From positions 45,260,001 to 45,324,000 of the forward strand of contig OX597834.1 of assembly GCA_951406725.2 (NCBI GenBank): a DNA stretch of 64,000 bases. Reading direction: 5' to 3'. Position numbers and translations under genes: made by a program. The notes beneath the pieces were generated by a model, which saw only the letters and a list, made by a program, of their open reading frames with translations, made no database searches and had not been told where the DNA came from. Positions 15,574-29,739 of this stretch are shown here, piece by piece (the first letter of the stretch is position 1; every line of letters starts with the position of its first letter). The DNA is from Octopus vulgaris. Taxonomy: Eukaryota.

Positions 15574-15694
15574 GTTAAGCGTAAGCGCGAATGTGTTCTT
15601 ACGATGGTTTGTGTGTGTGTGAGTATAGCTCTATGGTTTATAGATCGTTAGGTAGTCACGTGATTTTCGTTTTCGTTTTATTTCCACTGTTAGC
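15574..15694 (+). repeat. 121-bp exact direct repeat, copy 2
   Basis: Identical to 14392-14512. Confidence 0.95.
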
Positions 15695-17641
15695 AACAGA
15701 GAAGTAAATGAAAATGCAGTAATATTTTTTAATAAAAAAATTTATTATTATATTTGAATGTTCAATATTACATTTATAAATCAAATATTGAATTCGAAAA
15801 TCCAGTACTGCTGCTGAAATTGTTAATAATTTTCAGCGCGAAATGATTTTAGATATTATAAGTAGTAATTTGAAACAATGAACTGTAAGATACTCACAAG
15901 CATGATTCGAATCACATATTTTTGCTTACTGCGATACCTATTTTACGTTGTTAATTTTAGTACTTAATTAATAATCTGATTCTTCGAATTATAACTCTTG
16001 ATAAACTTCTAGATCTAGGAAATCCACCTTTGTGTTTTGGATAAAATTATATACTAGCTGGGATTTTGCACATCTATTTTAATATTTACAAAATTTTTGG
16101 ACGTTAAGAAAATATGGTACAGAGTCATCCTTTGAACAATGTTTATTTAGCAGGGAAAGCAGTATTGGGAGAGAACATATATGAATAATGTATTCTTTAT
16201 ACCCTTCCACAATGACGGTTATTTACAAAGTTTGTCCCTGCATAAAGAAGCCACCGCACTTGAGTAAATCATACGCACAACAATTAAGCTTCTTTAAAAT
16301 GTTGATAGAATAATGTCTGCAGGTAAAGGCATCGAGATATCAGAATTCCTGTTTAATGCATCACTGATGTCGCATTTCTTTATTTCCTTCCAAAGCAACT
16401 CTCGGCAAATCAGAGGAAAAACGTCGTGGCATTTCTTCCAGCTGTTTTTGGTCCAAATACCGCCGAGGTCCACTTTGTCTTCCATCATTTTGGGCTTCCA
16501 ACAATGAAAGCGACTAGTCACTCCGCTCAAATTCGTTCACTTTAACACAAAATTAAAAAGAATAATAATAGATGTGGAATGCGCTTTAAAAACAGCTTTA
16601 TATGGAATGGAAGATAATGTATTATATCTCTCTAATATAATTCTGCTATCATTGAGAAAGAAAGAAACAAAATTTAATGCACTAAAATACATCTTTGTTT
16701 TCCTCTAAGTAAATATTACTCATGGTTAAACTTAAATACGCAGTCGTTGTCTGTGAGAGAGAGAGAGAGAGAGCCTATTCTAAAACAAATAAAACACTAC
16801 ACCAGTGACGTATTTAACACGCATTCTATAAAATATTTATTTATCAGACACTTGTCTGTACGAATAATATAAATAATATTAATAATGTATCTCTACTACA
16901 TAATGTCTTCGAGTTGCCTGCAATTATTACTTCTAATATTGTTTTAAAAACTATCTATTTTTCTCCTATATATGAAGATTAATCCTGAACTTCAATTCAA
17001 TTACTATCATTGTTATACATTAAATAAAATTAAGATTAATATTTCAGAAAGCCATCTGTAGAACTCCATATCACAATGTTTTTATCGAGTGCACAACGAC
17101 ATCATAAATTTAGCTGCATTAAAACGATAAACGAAAGACCATCGATTCAACTATGACAAAATAGATGAACAACAAATGGTTGTCGAGTACATTTCATTCT
17201 TTCTTTCCTTCGAAATATTCCTGGTGCAATGTTTCAAAATGAAATATATATATCTTAGCTTCGATAACAACAAACTGCATTACGTTGGTTCTTAAAAACA
17301 AATCATGGTAAATCTTAGCTGAACGATTAATCGATATTATCAACTGCATGTCTTTTAGAACACTATAAATCTTCAGATGTTCGCGAAGGCAATTCTGTTT
17401 AATAAACGGAATCTTCTCTGTCTGCGATGGCATAGATAATTCTCGGATAATGTGTTGACAAAGATTTCTCATCTATCTTAATATTATGAATCGTACTGCG
17501 CCAGTATATTTATAAGCCTTGCTCAAGGAATTCGATACAGAGTTCAATAAGTGAAAATATATCACAATATAAACACGGAATTGGTTTCAAGACGCACATA
17601 TGCCTAACAAGCGAACGCACAGGTACGTAATCAGACACACA

Positions 17642-17684
<43 letters not shown>

Positions 17685-18137
17685 TATTGGAAAATATAAG
17701 TGACTGCACATGTAATCATATACGATGCATACGTATATGCACACACACATATATATATATCAGATAACAAAAAGATTCTCCGAACTAAGATAATATCACG
17801 AAGCAAGATGTAGACAAGAAGTAATGCATTAAGTCAAAGATTGAAGACACTATGGTGAAAATATGTAACGAGAAATGAAAATTCAGCAATCAATGAATAT
17901 ATACAATAAAAGTAAATAGGCCGGAAAAAGAAAGAAAAGACATCCTTAAGTTTCCACTTATCTTCTTTATCACAATGGAAGGAAAGAATCGAGAGATGCT
18001 AAGGAAAAAAAGAGTGTTTGTGAATATTTTAGACGAGTGGATAAGTGGTAAGTCCAGTGTAAAATGGTAGTTGATTAGTAGGATTGTAAGACTGATGGGA
18101 GAGACACATTAACCAGGGATCTAACTATCTATCTATA

Positions 18138-18205
<68 letters not shown>

Positions 18206-18206
18206 C

Positions 18207-18254
<48 letters not shown>

Positions 18255-18305
18255 ATTTATCTATCTATCAAGCTACCTGCCTACCTACCTATCAACTTAC
18301 CTACA

Positions 18306-18740
18306 GACCATCTCCACCTGTGGGATGAAGTTAAAATAATGGACAGAGACCACCACTAGAAAATACGAAAACTAAAAGAAGCATCACATATGCTAAGGCA
18401 CAACAACCTCCTAAGTAGACCGAGTGCAGATATGAGTAACATATGGAAACCGGTATTAAGGAATGATAGGAAAATATTAGATTTATAAACCCTAAAATCC
18501 ACTCCTTAATTGCCCAAGGGCATATGGAATAATGGATAAGTGCGCAGGCTACTAACCCCAAGATTCCAAGTTCGATTACAAGCAATGGCCTCAATGATAA
18601 TAACAATAGTAATAACATCGAAAAATACTTTAGGAATGAGAAACCAGGTTCGAAATTTCCCCAAAGCACCTGATGTAGGTCCGAGGGTGTATCAGCCGAA
18701 ACGTATTAACAACAAACAAGATGAGGGCAAATATTTGATT
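18306..18740 (+). mobile_element. Penelope-like element 3' end: GIY-YIG endonuclease C-terminus (pseudogenised) plus pLTR
   Basis: 18306-18488 translates DHLHLWDEVKIMDRDHH*KIRKLKEASHMLRHNNLLSRPSADMSNIWKPVL, resembling the PLE GIY-YIG tail (W..V.I.D.E..W..RK.KEA); followed by hammerhead-like CTGATGT...GAAAC at 18670-18702. Confidence 0.8.
18518..18590 (+). promoter_or_regulatory. tRNA-like cassette with Pol III A/B-box-like motifs inside the Penelope 3' region
   Basis: tggaataatgg (A-box-like), CT-ACT-AA anticodon-like loop and gttcgatt (B-box-like) at tRNA-like spacing. Confidence 0.55.
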
Positions 18741-21202
18741 CTCACAATCAGCCGACCTAATTCTGCTTTTCACTACTCACAGTTTTGAACTGCTAAACGT
18801 TATTATTGCACTAAATTCATACATTGCTATACATACATACTATTCTGAATGCCAATTACTTCGACAATTCTGCATTTTTACAGTTACACTTTGTCATGAG
18901 AGTAGATATTTTTTTATTCCATAACGTATTTGTAGTGGCTTCATGCAGGCATAACGTGGATTCGATCCTCCATTGCCAAATTTCTCTTAACACTTCAAAA
19001 GCGCTTTTCTCACGGTAAAACAATAGTTTTTCTGTGAATGACAGCAGTTATACATTTCCCAGATGCCTGAGAAATGAACATCGTTATCCCCGGAAATTAA
19101 TAGGTACACCAGCTAATATATATATATATATATATAGCGAGCGAGAGAGAGAGAGAACTCAGCCGATATCTGATGGCTACGAATTCGACTATCCGTAGGT
19201 AGCCGCCTGCTGGTACCTGTTTTCTGCCTCCTAAGGGTAAGTAACCGATAATTCTCTGCTGTCTTCCAGCTATACTCCGTTCGAAATTTACTTTCCTTTC
19301 TATAAAATATCATCATATTCAACTCTTTCAAAGTTGCTTTGTAAAATGTATGTATGTATGCATATATATATATATATATACACACATTCTGGTGGCATTT
19401 CATATCTTGAATTTCAGTGTAAACAATCTTCCATCTCTGCTACATTTATTTTTAACGAATCATCTTCAGAAAAATACAGCTGAAAGTTCATTGAAGCATG
19501 TTTGTTATTCGTACGATTGTAAAATACCCTTTAAAAGCTCAATTTCCGTTAACATTTTCTGTAATTATCTTTTCTATTTAGTCTTAAATCTGCTTTTGTA
19601 AAAAAAGAAATAAATAACGTCATGCGTAACTCCTATATTTTTTACCTTTGTATTTGAATTACGTTATTATGAGTTTATATATTTTTTCTGATAAACTTTC
19701 GCTTGGCTTTTTAATATTTCCTTTTTCTTTTCGTTTTCCTTGTGCATGCTTAAGTGGTTGTATAACTTGGCGTTTTAAGTTTTGTTTCCTGTTATACGTT
19801 CCGTTCAATAGACTGCTTTTGATACGATGTATATGGCGTGTCCTGTTCTAAATAAAAATTGAATACAACAGGATTACATTTGTATTTTTTTATAAACATT
19901 ATAAACATAAAATACACGATATTGCTAAATGATAAAGAATGAGGCAGAGATGACAAATAAGGATTAACAATTAATACAAAAATCGGTATGACAAATGAGA
20001 AAAGCAAATATAATTTTCGAATTCGGTGTCAAATTTTACGAAATTAAAAGCAATCTAGGATCAATATCGTAGGTTATGCTTGACAAGGACTTATATTGTC
20101 AACCCTAGAAAGAGTTGTGCATTAATTTAAGCTCCTCTTTCACTATGGTGCATAAGCAATTGACCTCTTTTTCTCAACTCTGGGCTGTGTTTATTTTTCT
20201 GGACAACTCCCTCGGCATGGCGAGAGAAACACCCTCGTTTTTTATCAGGAGTAGTGTATACTTGAGGGAAAGAATTACTCACCTATTTCTTGTTTGATTT
20301 TGAATTGTCGTCAAGGCTGTTATAACTAAACCCTTCTTCTAATCAGATATGTTGGCTCTACGCAAACAAATTTTACATGGTCCATATTTTTCTGGCATAT
20401 ATTCGTTGATCTTTAAGATATGGAAGTTTCTACCAGACGCATTCATTCTTAATGGCAAGTCGATCTTACCTGAATTTGAATTCAGAACAAAAGGATGGAT
20501 TCTTCCAGCTCGTCGCATTATTTAAAAAGAAATGATAAAAAGGGAGAGGTAGGGTGTTGCCAGAAATCTGGAGCGGAGGTGCAAAGTCTTTATAGCATTT
20601 GTTCAGGCCCTATTGTCTTATTTTATATCCCACCAATGTCAACTTTGTCCTCCATCCTTTGGCGGTTGATTAATAAAACGCCAGTATAATACAGGAGTTC
20701 AAGGTTTTTGAGAGTTACCCCACCTCTCAAAGTAGATGATAGAGAATGCATTAAAATTGGAGAGACTGACCTACGAATACGCATTAATACAAATTCTTGC
20801 TTCGTCGCTTATTTAATATGACTAAAATAGTTGCCATGATTTGATGTGGCTGTATGCAATATGAGGTTATTGAAAACGTCGTCAATGTGTGTCAAGAAAA
20901 ATCATTTCTTCATTCCAACGTCTTCACAGACAAAGGGAACCAATCGAAATTTTTAATCTACCACACGCTGACCAAACTGTGTCGACTGTCAGTTGCAGAA
21001 CGTCAGATTCATGTTTATCTTTCAGGGTCATATTTTCCTTCAGAATCTTAAGATGTGTATTAAACATAAGATATATATGTTTGTGTGTGCGTAATCGTAA
21101 GCGCGCGTATGTATGCACGTGTATTCATGAATATATATATTTGCACACACACACACACGCGCGCACACACACAAATACGCACACAGGCACAAATACAGAT
21201 CT

Positions 21203-21322
21203 AAAAGGGGGCACTGATAAATTCCTGTCTTTGGGTAAAACAAAAAACAGGAGGATCAGTTAATTATGATTTTATTCAACATATTCCCCTCTCAGATTCA
21301 CACACTTATCACAGTACTCCTT
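21203..21322 (-). mobile_element. Mariner 3' end fragment (second family)
   Basis: 21322-21272 translates KEYCDKCVNLRGEYVE*, the typical mariner C-terminus (KC...G.YVE), followed by a degenerate TIR-like end. Confidence 0.75.
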
Positions 21323-21489
21323 AAGGTCAACATTTACTCCCTTGTGACCAGTTCCAGGCTTTGTCACTCACTCGGTTTTTAACCAAATTAAATGATGTTT
21401 ACATTTTTAGGTTGGGCACATCCTAAGCTATATTTTCAGCCTCAACATTTCAAAATTGCGTCGGTAGAAAAAATGTGTCAGTAACATAT

Positions 21490-21870
21490 GTGAGGTAAAA
21501 AAACCCGGGAGAGAAACGCCTGAAATCGACTTTGAGTTCAAATATTTTTTCTTTAACAAATCTATATTTTATTTCAACTCAAATGATAGATCTCGGCGAG
21601 AGGAATCTATCCATGATATTTGTATGCAAAAATATTCACTAGAAAAAATGTAGTGAGGTAAAAACCGGCATAAAAAGATTTACGCCTGAAATCCATTTAG
21701 ACTCCAAATATTATTTTTATTTCAAAAGAAAACTATATTTAAATTCAACTTTTCTGTTAGATCTCCACTAGAGGAATTCGAAGATACGAATTATATATAT
21801 AAATAAAGAGAAAATAAAAACTACTGGAGCAAAATGTGCCGAAGACAGTGGTAACGCCTAAAAGCAAATT
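21490..21870. repeat. Diverged ~165-bp tandem repeat, about 2.3 units
   Basis: gtgaggtaaaaa..acgcctgaaatc..caaatatt..ttcaact..tagatctc...gaggaat recurs at 21490 and 21653; a third acgcctaaaa lies near 21854. Confidence 0.75.
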
Positions 21871-21910
21871 GGAAACCTAAACATTTTGTTTCTGTTTAGC
21901 TCATTCTTAA

Positions 21911-22317
21911 GGCACGGAAGTGGCTGTGTGGTAAGTAGCTTGCTTACCAGCCACTTGGTTACAGGTTCAGTCCCACTGCGTGACACCTTGGGGAAGTCCT
22001 TCTACTATAGCCTCGGGCCAACCAAATCCTTCTGAGTGGATTTGGTAGACGGAAACTGAAAGAAACCCGTCGTATATATGTATATGTATATATATGTGTG
22101 CGTATATGTTTGTGTGTCTGTGTTTGTCCCCCAACTTCGCTTGACCACCGATGCTGGTGTGTTCACGTCCCCGTAACTTAGCGGTTTTGCAAAAGGGACC
22201 TATAGAATATATACTAGGCTTACAAAGAATAAATCCTGGGGTCGATTTGCTCGACTAAAGGCAGTGCTCCAGCACGGCCACAGTCAAACGACTGAAACAA
22301 GTAAAAGAGTAAGAGAG
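21911..22317 (+). mobile_element. Full-length CORE-type tRNA SINE (octopus OR-like)
   Basis: A-box gtggctgtgtgg, B-box-like ggttcagtcc, CORE-like gacaccttggggaagt, internal TA/TG tract, tail cagtcaaacgactgaaacaagtaaaagag. Confidence 0.88.
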
Positions 22318-22394
22318 TTTATGATAGAACTCATCAAGACGCGTGTCGTGATTCTAATCTTTTCAAAACATATTCAAAATGAAAAAAGTCGCGG

Positions 22395-22582
22395 TCTTAA
22401 TCTGACTGCAGAGCCCCGATTTGTAGGGACTTAATCGAATAAATTATCTCTTGGACTTATTTTGTTTTACATACAGCCCATTACCTATCTGTCACTTTTG
22501 CCCGACTCTTAAGTTACGGGAACAGAAAGAAATACGCCAGCACATGTTGTCTGGCGATGAGGGGGAATACAATTTAAACACC

Positions 22583-22633
<51 letters not shown>

Positions 22634-22785
22634 GGGCATCTTTCAGTCTACAGAATCCACTCACAAGGCTTTTGGTCACCCCAAGCCGAAGGTAAAAGGC
22701 ACATGCCGAATATGTCCAGCAAAAGGACTGAACTCGGAAACATGTGGTCCGGAAACAAACTTCTCAGCCCACAGCCAAGCCGTAT
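22395..22785 (-). mobile_element. Older copy of the same CORE-type SINE, inverted relative to 21911-22317
   Basis: aatccactcacaaggc, ggactgaac and cacagcc match the reverse complement of the head; aagttacggg and tgactgc match the reverse complement of the tail. Confidence 0.75.
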
Positions 22786-24051
22786 ATACGTGTCAACGCA
22801 TGTATTTATATGCGTTACTTTTAGATTAATTTGACGTAAATAGATAATAATTATGGGTTATTGTTCAGTAATTATTCATTTGGTTTTATTTATCCGAATG
22901 AAATAGTCATTGAATACCAATAAAATATGAACTCTATTTACAAATGATGCTTTTCTGATTTTAAACATGCATACACATATCCATCAGTCTATCCATCCAT
23001 ACATACATGCACCCTTACATACATACATCCATATATATACACATATGCATACACAAATACATTTTAATATATATATATATATGTGTGTATGTGTGTGTGT
23101 GTGTGTGTGTAAATATAGACATACACACATATATACATATACAAATTTATATATATATATATACATATATAAACATAATTTTTCTCGCTGTATTGCGAGT
23201 TCGTTTTTCTATCTTTCCCATCTGTGATTTTAATTTTGATCTTCTATATAAATGAAGATATTTCCTCTGTCCAGTTGTTTTTCTTTCTCCATAACGAGAA
23301 GTTACATCGCGGAACTGTTCTTTTAAATAGTTGCATCTATTCATCATCCGACGAGATACATCTGCACCGCTGGAAGCTCCTGAACCAGTTTTTGAGTTCC
23401 CCACCCATGAGGGATCGATGCTAGATGTGTCGAAATAATTGTCGTGTTTAATAAATTCTCGTCTTTCATTTGCTATGTGTGAGTGTGTTTGTGCATGCGT
23501 GTATTATGTAAGTATGTATGTACGTATGTATATATGTATGTATGTATGTATGCATGTATGTATGTATGTCGAGGTGCTGTGGCCCAGTGGTTAGGCCCGC
23601 AGACTTGCGGTCGGGGGATCACGATTTAGATTCCCAGTCGAGTGTTGTGAGTGTTTATTGAGAAAAAATACCTAAAAACTTCCGCAAAATCCCAAATTTT
23701 AGTTAATTTGGTTTGCGGGAGCAACTGTTTTGTCGAAAACGTTTCCTGCTGGGAATTGCTTGAAATACGAAGTAGAAAAACAGCTGACAACTGATGAAGG
23801 GTCGTTCTTTATGTTGCTTATCTTGTTTACCATTTGTTTCTTTCGTTGTTCGCAAAAGAAGTTCGTATTCATATATTCATATATCGTATTCCATGTTGTT
23901 TAGGTTCTGTGGTGTCCTCTACCTATATATGCTTGTGTATATACATATATATGTAAGTATGTACATATATGTATTGTATATGCATTTATATTATCTATAA
24001 TTTTATATGACTGAACGCCACCCATCCATTTCCAAGGAAATTTTATCTATC

Positions 24052-24150
<99 letters not shown>

Positions 24151-24681
24151 CGAGCTTCTTCTGTGGCTATATCTCCCAAAATTTATGATAGAAGAAATCG
24201 TTCAAGCCAGTACGGCATGAGTTTGAACACGCCACAGTTAAGTTACAAAACAAAAATTTTAAATCATCGAACCATCCTTCTACCCAAGTATAGCAAATAA
24301 AAGCAAAAACCAAAGCGAACAACTACTGCTATTTCTAATCAGAAATTTAAGCATTGTATTCACCGAGAATGAATAGACTCCGGATAAACTCAATAATGCG
24401 AAATCTTGTTGGAATTATATAACGCCAGATTTTAAATTAAATTGAGCGAGACATTTTATACAGTGTATATTCAATGAAATATATTAAGATTTTGCTTCAG
24501 CCATTTTGGTACGCCAATGCATACTTACACACATATTTATATATCAATGTGTGGGTGTATGTATGTGTATATATATATATACACACACACATATATATAT
24601 GTATATATATATATGTACATATATATATTTATATGTGTGTGGGTGTATATATGTACGTAAATACATACATATATATCTATG

Positions 24682-24718
<37 letters not shown>

Positions 24719-24840
24719 TATTAATCAATATCACCAAGTGTGTGTGCAAAGGGACCATGTTATATAAAAGTGTGTGTGTCATTAGAAATAGCAGCTAAAA
24801 ACTTTTTAAAACTATTTCTAATACTTAAAAAAATGCATAC

Positions 24841-24879
<39 letters not shown>

Positions 24880-24889
24880 CATATATATA

Positions 24890-24946
<57 letters not shown>

Positions 24947-25447
24947 TGCATACAAACGTTCATGCATACGTACACACATACACACACAAACAAATATATA
25001 TGTGTGTATTCATTCTTATTGTTCTCAGTAATATCGAAAGCAATTTAAGAAGAACTGCAAAGTAGCCTATGACCTTCCATAATTACAATATTCATTGTAT
25101 TGGCTTCCGTATATTTCCCATGTACATCTGCATGAAATATGAGTAATGAGTCGATCTGCTTATTTCAAGTAGCTTTAACCATACGAATTATATACACTAA
25201 CTTGATGAGTTATTGATTTCAATCTCATATTAATATTAAAGCTAGTAAATTGGTAAATTGACCGAACGTTTTACGAATGTCTGAGGAACTCTGTGGAGAT
25301 ATCGAGTCGTGTTTCTGTTACATTTTTACAATGTGAGTTCGAACCTCACAACAATATGGCGCTTTACTATTTCATACTATCACCATCAATCGCTAAGTAA
25401 ACATCAGCAGTGTCGTCAAAGCTACTCACACACACACATACTTACAC

Positions 25448-25495
<48 letters not shown>

Positions 25496-26453
25496 ATAGG
25501 CATGACAGAAGTAAATAGACAACATTATGATCATTAAAATTTAATTAAATCTGAAATTATATATTCAAACTTTTTATTAATCACTACAATGTGAACATCT
25601 AATATTTAGTAGATATCCTCTTTGCATTTATCAATGCAAGCATCCTATTAGTCATGTTACCCACCAAATGACAAATATTCTCTTTCGGAATTTAGTGCCA
25701 AGTTTCATGCGCTAATCTCAAAATATCTGACTTTGAAGATGCTTTCTCGTTCTTTTTATGAACAATCCTGGCCATTATGGCCTAGAGACGTTCAATAAAA
25801 TTGATATTTGGTGACTGGCTGGCCATGGAAGCTTTTTAATGCCACTCTCATCCAACAACATAGGAATCGGAAGATATTCAGGAAGAAATAAGGTGGGGTG
25901 CAACCATCACCTTCAATATGCTCCAAACGACAGCTAAAGGATAGGATTTCTGGGGAATCTTCCTCTTACGTTTATATCAAAGATCAAGTTTTTAAATACG
26001 CTCATCATAAATACAAATTACAGAAAAGAAAAAGCTCATTTCAGATGGATTTAAGTTGAAATTTTGCGCGTGCTCACAGCAAGAAATAACATAATTCGTT
26101 CAGAAGTTTTACCAAGAGTGTGTGTGTATGAGTGTGTATGTGTGTCCGTGTTTGTGTGTGCGTATATGTATGTGTTCATGTATGTGTGTCAAAGGAAGAT
26201 GTTTTTGGAATCCTTGTTCGTTAATTTCCCAAAATTTTTTTTATTTCTTTATAGTTTGAAGAGAGCTAATTTACCTTTCCTCCTTCCTTCCACCTCCCAC
26301 TTATACTACTACCATTAGCCTTTTATTAACCTTAACCACAAAATCTATCCCCCCACTACTCTCTATGGTTTGAAAAGAGCTAATACACTTAGCTCTCCAG
26401 GAAATCATTCAAAATTTATCTCCATTCTATCAACACATCAAATGTAAATTTCT

Positions 26454-26544
26454 TTCCTGAAGACGGAGGCAGGTGGTATCCAATAATAAAATCAAGTTAC
26501 AAGCATTACATTGGACTTCCAAGCCCCCAGAAACAGTTGTTGGA
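26454..26544 (+). ncRNA. Type I hammerhead ribozyme-like motif with extended stem II
   Basis: ttc-CTGAAGA-c-ggaggc..tccaat..attgga..gccccc-a-GAAAC-agtt-GTT-gga. Confidence 0.6.
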
Positions 26545-26733
26545 CTGCTGCTAAAGCACTTACTGAACCACCTTAATTCCTGATATTACTTCCATTGTGT
26601 AAGTCGAACATTTCTATACGTATGCATATGTACATTCTTTGCATTAAATGTATTTCATAAATATATTTTTGAATATCGACTTGTCTAACAAGCTTGTCCT
26701 TACATTTATTCCTATACATGTATATATATATAT

Positions 26734-26797
<64 letters not shown>

Positions 26798-27445
26798 TGT
26801 GTGTGTTTCTATATGAGTGAGTGTATGTGTTAATGCTTGTGTTTGCGTATGTATATAATATTTGCATGTTTATATTAAAATGACTTCATATTAAAATAGG
26901 CCTCGAAATGCATACCTTCTGACAACTGCATTTGGGTGCTGTTGTTATGTATGTTTAATAAATCTCTTTCGAATATAATTTAATTAATGCAAAAAATGTA
27001 ATCTTCTCCAATACTTTTTCTCGTGCATTTCGTTTGAGCAATGGTTTTGCATTTCTCTCTACCCACATTAAATTGCGTTTCCCCTCGAAGACACAACACC
27101 TAACTTGCCATTTTCTTCTTGTTTTCTTCTTTGAATCTCTCATTTTGTTTCCTTTAATAGTCTTACTTTCAAACCAATTATAAAGCTTCTTCATATTTAA
27201 TAGATGCCACTTTATTCTAAGCCCCAGTTCCGTTGGGATATTTTAAAGAAGAAACAACTTTGCATCCTGTAATATATAAATAACTGTGTAGATGAATACA
27301 TAAACATATGAATATGAAGTACAGTACATTAACCTAATAACTATATACAGATTATCATCTATGAAGGTGGCCTGTAGGAAATCATCCATCGTTGTGTGTA
27401 TGTATGTGTGTATATATATTCATATATATTTAAATATATGTATAT

Positions 27446-27488
<43 letters not shown>

Positions 27489-27648
27489 TAGTTAGATAGA
27501 TAGATAGATAGATTGATAGATAGATAGATAGAGTAATGGATAGACAAAGAGAGAGTGAGAGAGATAGCTATAGACATATAGACTAATAGGCAGAACGATA
27601 TATATAAATTTATGTATACGTATATGTATATATATATGCATATATATA

Positions 27649-27703
<55 letters not shown>

Positions 27704-27956
27704 CGAGACAAAATTTGATACTGATTAGAAGATCGAAAATCCACCTGAATGATTGTCGGTAGCAGACATGAAACATTTGTAGTGGCGGTTTATTTAATTT
27801 ATATTAAAATTTTATGTATTGATTAAGTCTTTCCTTGTTTGGTTTTAAAATAGTGGTTTTGTCTCGAATTATATTATATAATATTTTACTATAAAATTGG
27901 ATTTAACCCTAAATCTGATTTTTCCCTGTAATTTTGGATTCATTCCTAATATTTAT

Positions 27957-28039
<83 letters not shown>

Positions 28040-28042
<3 letters not shown>

Positions 28043-28233
28043 AGAGTTTGCGAAAAAAACAAAAGACGAAGACAGGTTGTGTACAAAACAAACAGATGTA
28101 TTAGTATGACGCTCAGGAATAGAAAGTCGTTTACGTTTCGAGCCTACGCTCTTCTACAGAAAGAGGCACAGAAAAAAACAAGGAGAGAAACAAGGGGAGA
28201 AAAAATGTGTGTAGTGGCTAACGATCTATCATG
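28040..28233 (-). mobile_element. Repeat with variant hammerhead-like core (probable PLE pLTR); homolog at 48120-48280
   Basis: Minus strand ctttCTGTAGAagagcgtaggctcGAAACGTA...ctgagcg...ctaatacatctgtttgttttgtaca; flanked by (TA)n. Confidence 0.7.
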
Positions 28234-28466
28234 AATATATATATATATATATATAGTTTTATTGTCTTTTTTAGATCATCTATATGTCTCTCATCAAATA
28301 ATCTACCACTCCTCCTTTCCTGTGCTATGAGATTACTCTTATTAGTAAGAACTCTATTTTCATTCTGATCTATGCTGCTATTGTTCATGGCCCGTCTTTT
28401 GATCATACATATGTAGTCGGTAACCTTAATTTGAGCACCATTATTATTATTATTATTATTATTATT

Positions 28467-28531
28467 CTTTTACTCTTTTACTCTTTTACTTGTTTCAGCC
28501 ATCCGGCTGGGGCCATGCTGGGGCACCGCCC
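28467..28531 (-). mobile_element. 3' tail fragment of CORE-type SINE within (TTA)n
   Basis: ctcttttacttgtttcag is the reverse complement of the SINE tail at 22292-22309. Confidence 0.75.
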
Positions 28532-28724
28532 TTATTATTATTATTATAAACGGTTCTCATCTCTATTATTTATTAACATAACCCTATCACTAATTTTCCT
28601 TTAGCACACATTAATTCAACATAAAATCCCACCGCTATTACTTTCTTTGAGTTCATTTCACATTTGTATTATCTCTAACCTCTTGAACCCTTCAGGCCAA
28701 TAGAGAATCATCATCATCATCATC

Positions 28725-28756
<32 letters not shown>

Positions 28757-28762
28757 CATTAA

Positions 28763-28824
<62 letters not shown>

Positions 28825-29084
28825 CTAGTAGTGTTGTTGTTATTATTATTATTATTATTGTTAACATCGTCGTCATTTTCAATGTTATTTTTGCAGTAAT
28901 CATTAGCGTATATTTTTTTTATCACAAACATAATCATCATCGACATTTTCATGGTTTATAGCCGCCTTAATTCTATTTACGATGCATTTTTATTATTACA
29001 AAGTACGACTCACCTTTCATTTCTTTTAAATAATGCAAAATACACACAATTAAACAGCAAAAAATCCACATATACATACAATGA

Positions 29085-29134
<50 letters not shown>

Positions 29135-29328
29135 ATATATACATATATACATGCATACAAACAGAAATAAATAAGTGTATTTTAATTTCTAACCTGAAGC
29201 AGAATTCCTCGAAGATCAGACGCATAATTATTATGTATTTATATATATATACATATATATATATGTGGAAATGTATATATATATTAATATATATATATAG
29301 ATATATATATATATATATACATATACAT

Positions 29329-29399
<71 letters not shown>

Positions 29400-29739
29400 T
29401 ACTCTCACATGTGTATGTCAGAGTATGTGTGTGTGTGTAAAACTGGTTGGATGTAAATATGCATTCGTGCACTTTAACATTTATATATATGTACAGATAT
29501 ATATTTACGTAGATGTGCGTATAGGTATATACATGTGTATGTGTGTGGTGGTGTGTGTATACATATATATGTGTGTGTGTGTGTGTATTATGTGTAATAT
29601 ATTGTGTGTGCAAGTATTTCTTTATCAATGCATCTCTCATTAACATGTATGCCCAAATGGAACCTGACATGCACACACACACAAACACACACAAAATTTA
29701 GCAATGTCTATTTGCTGTTGATTAATTTTTCATTTATCA

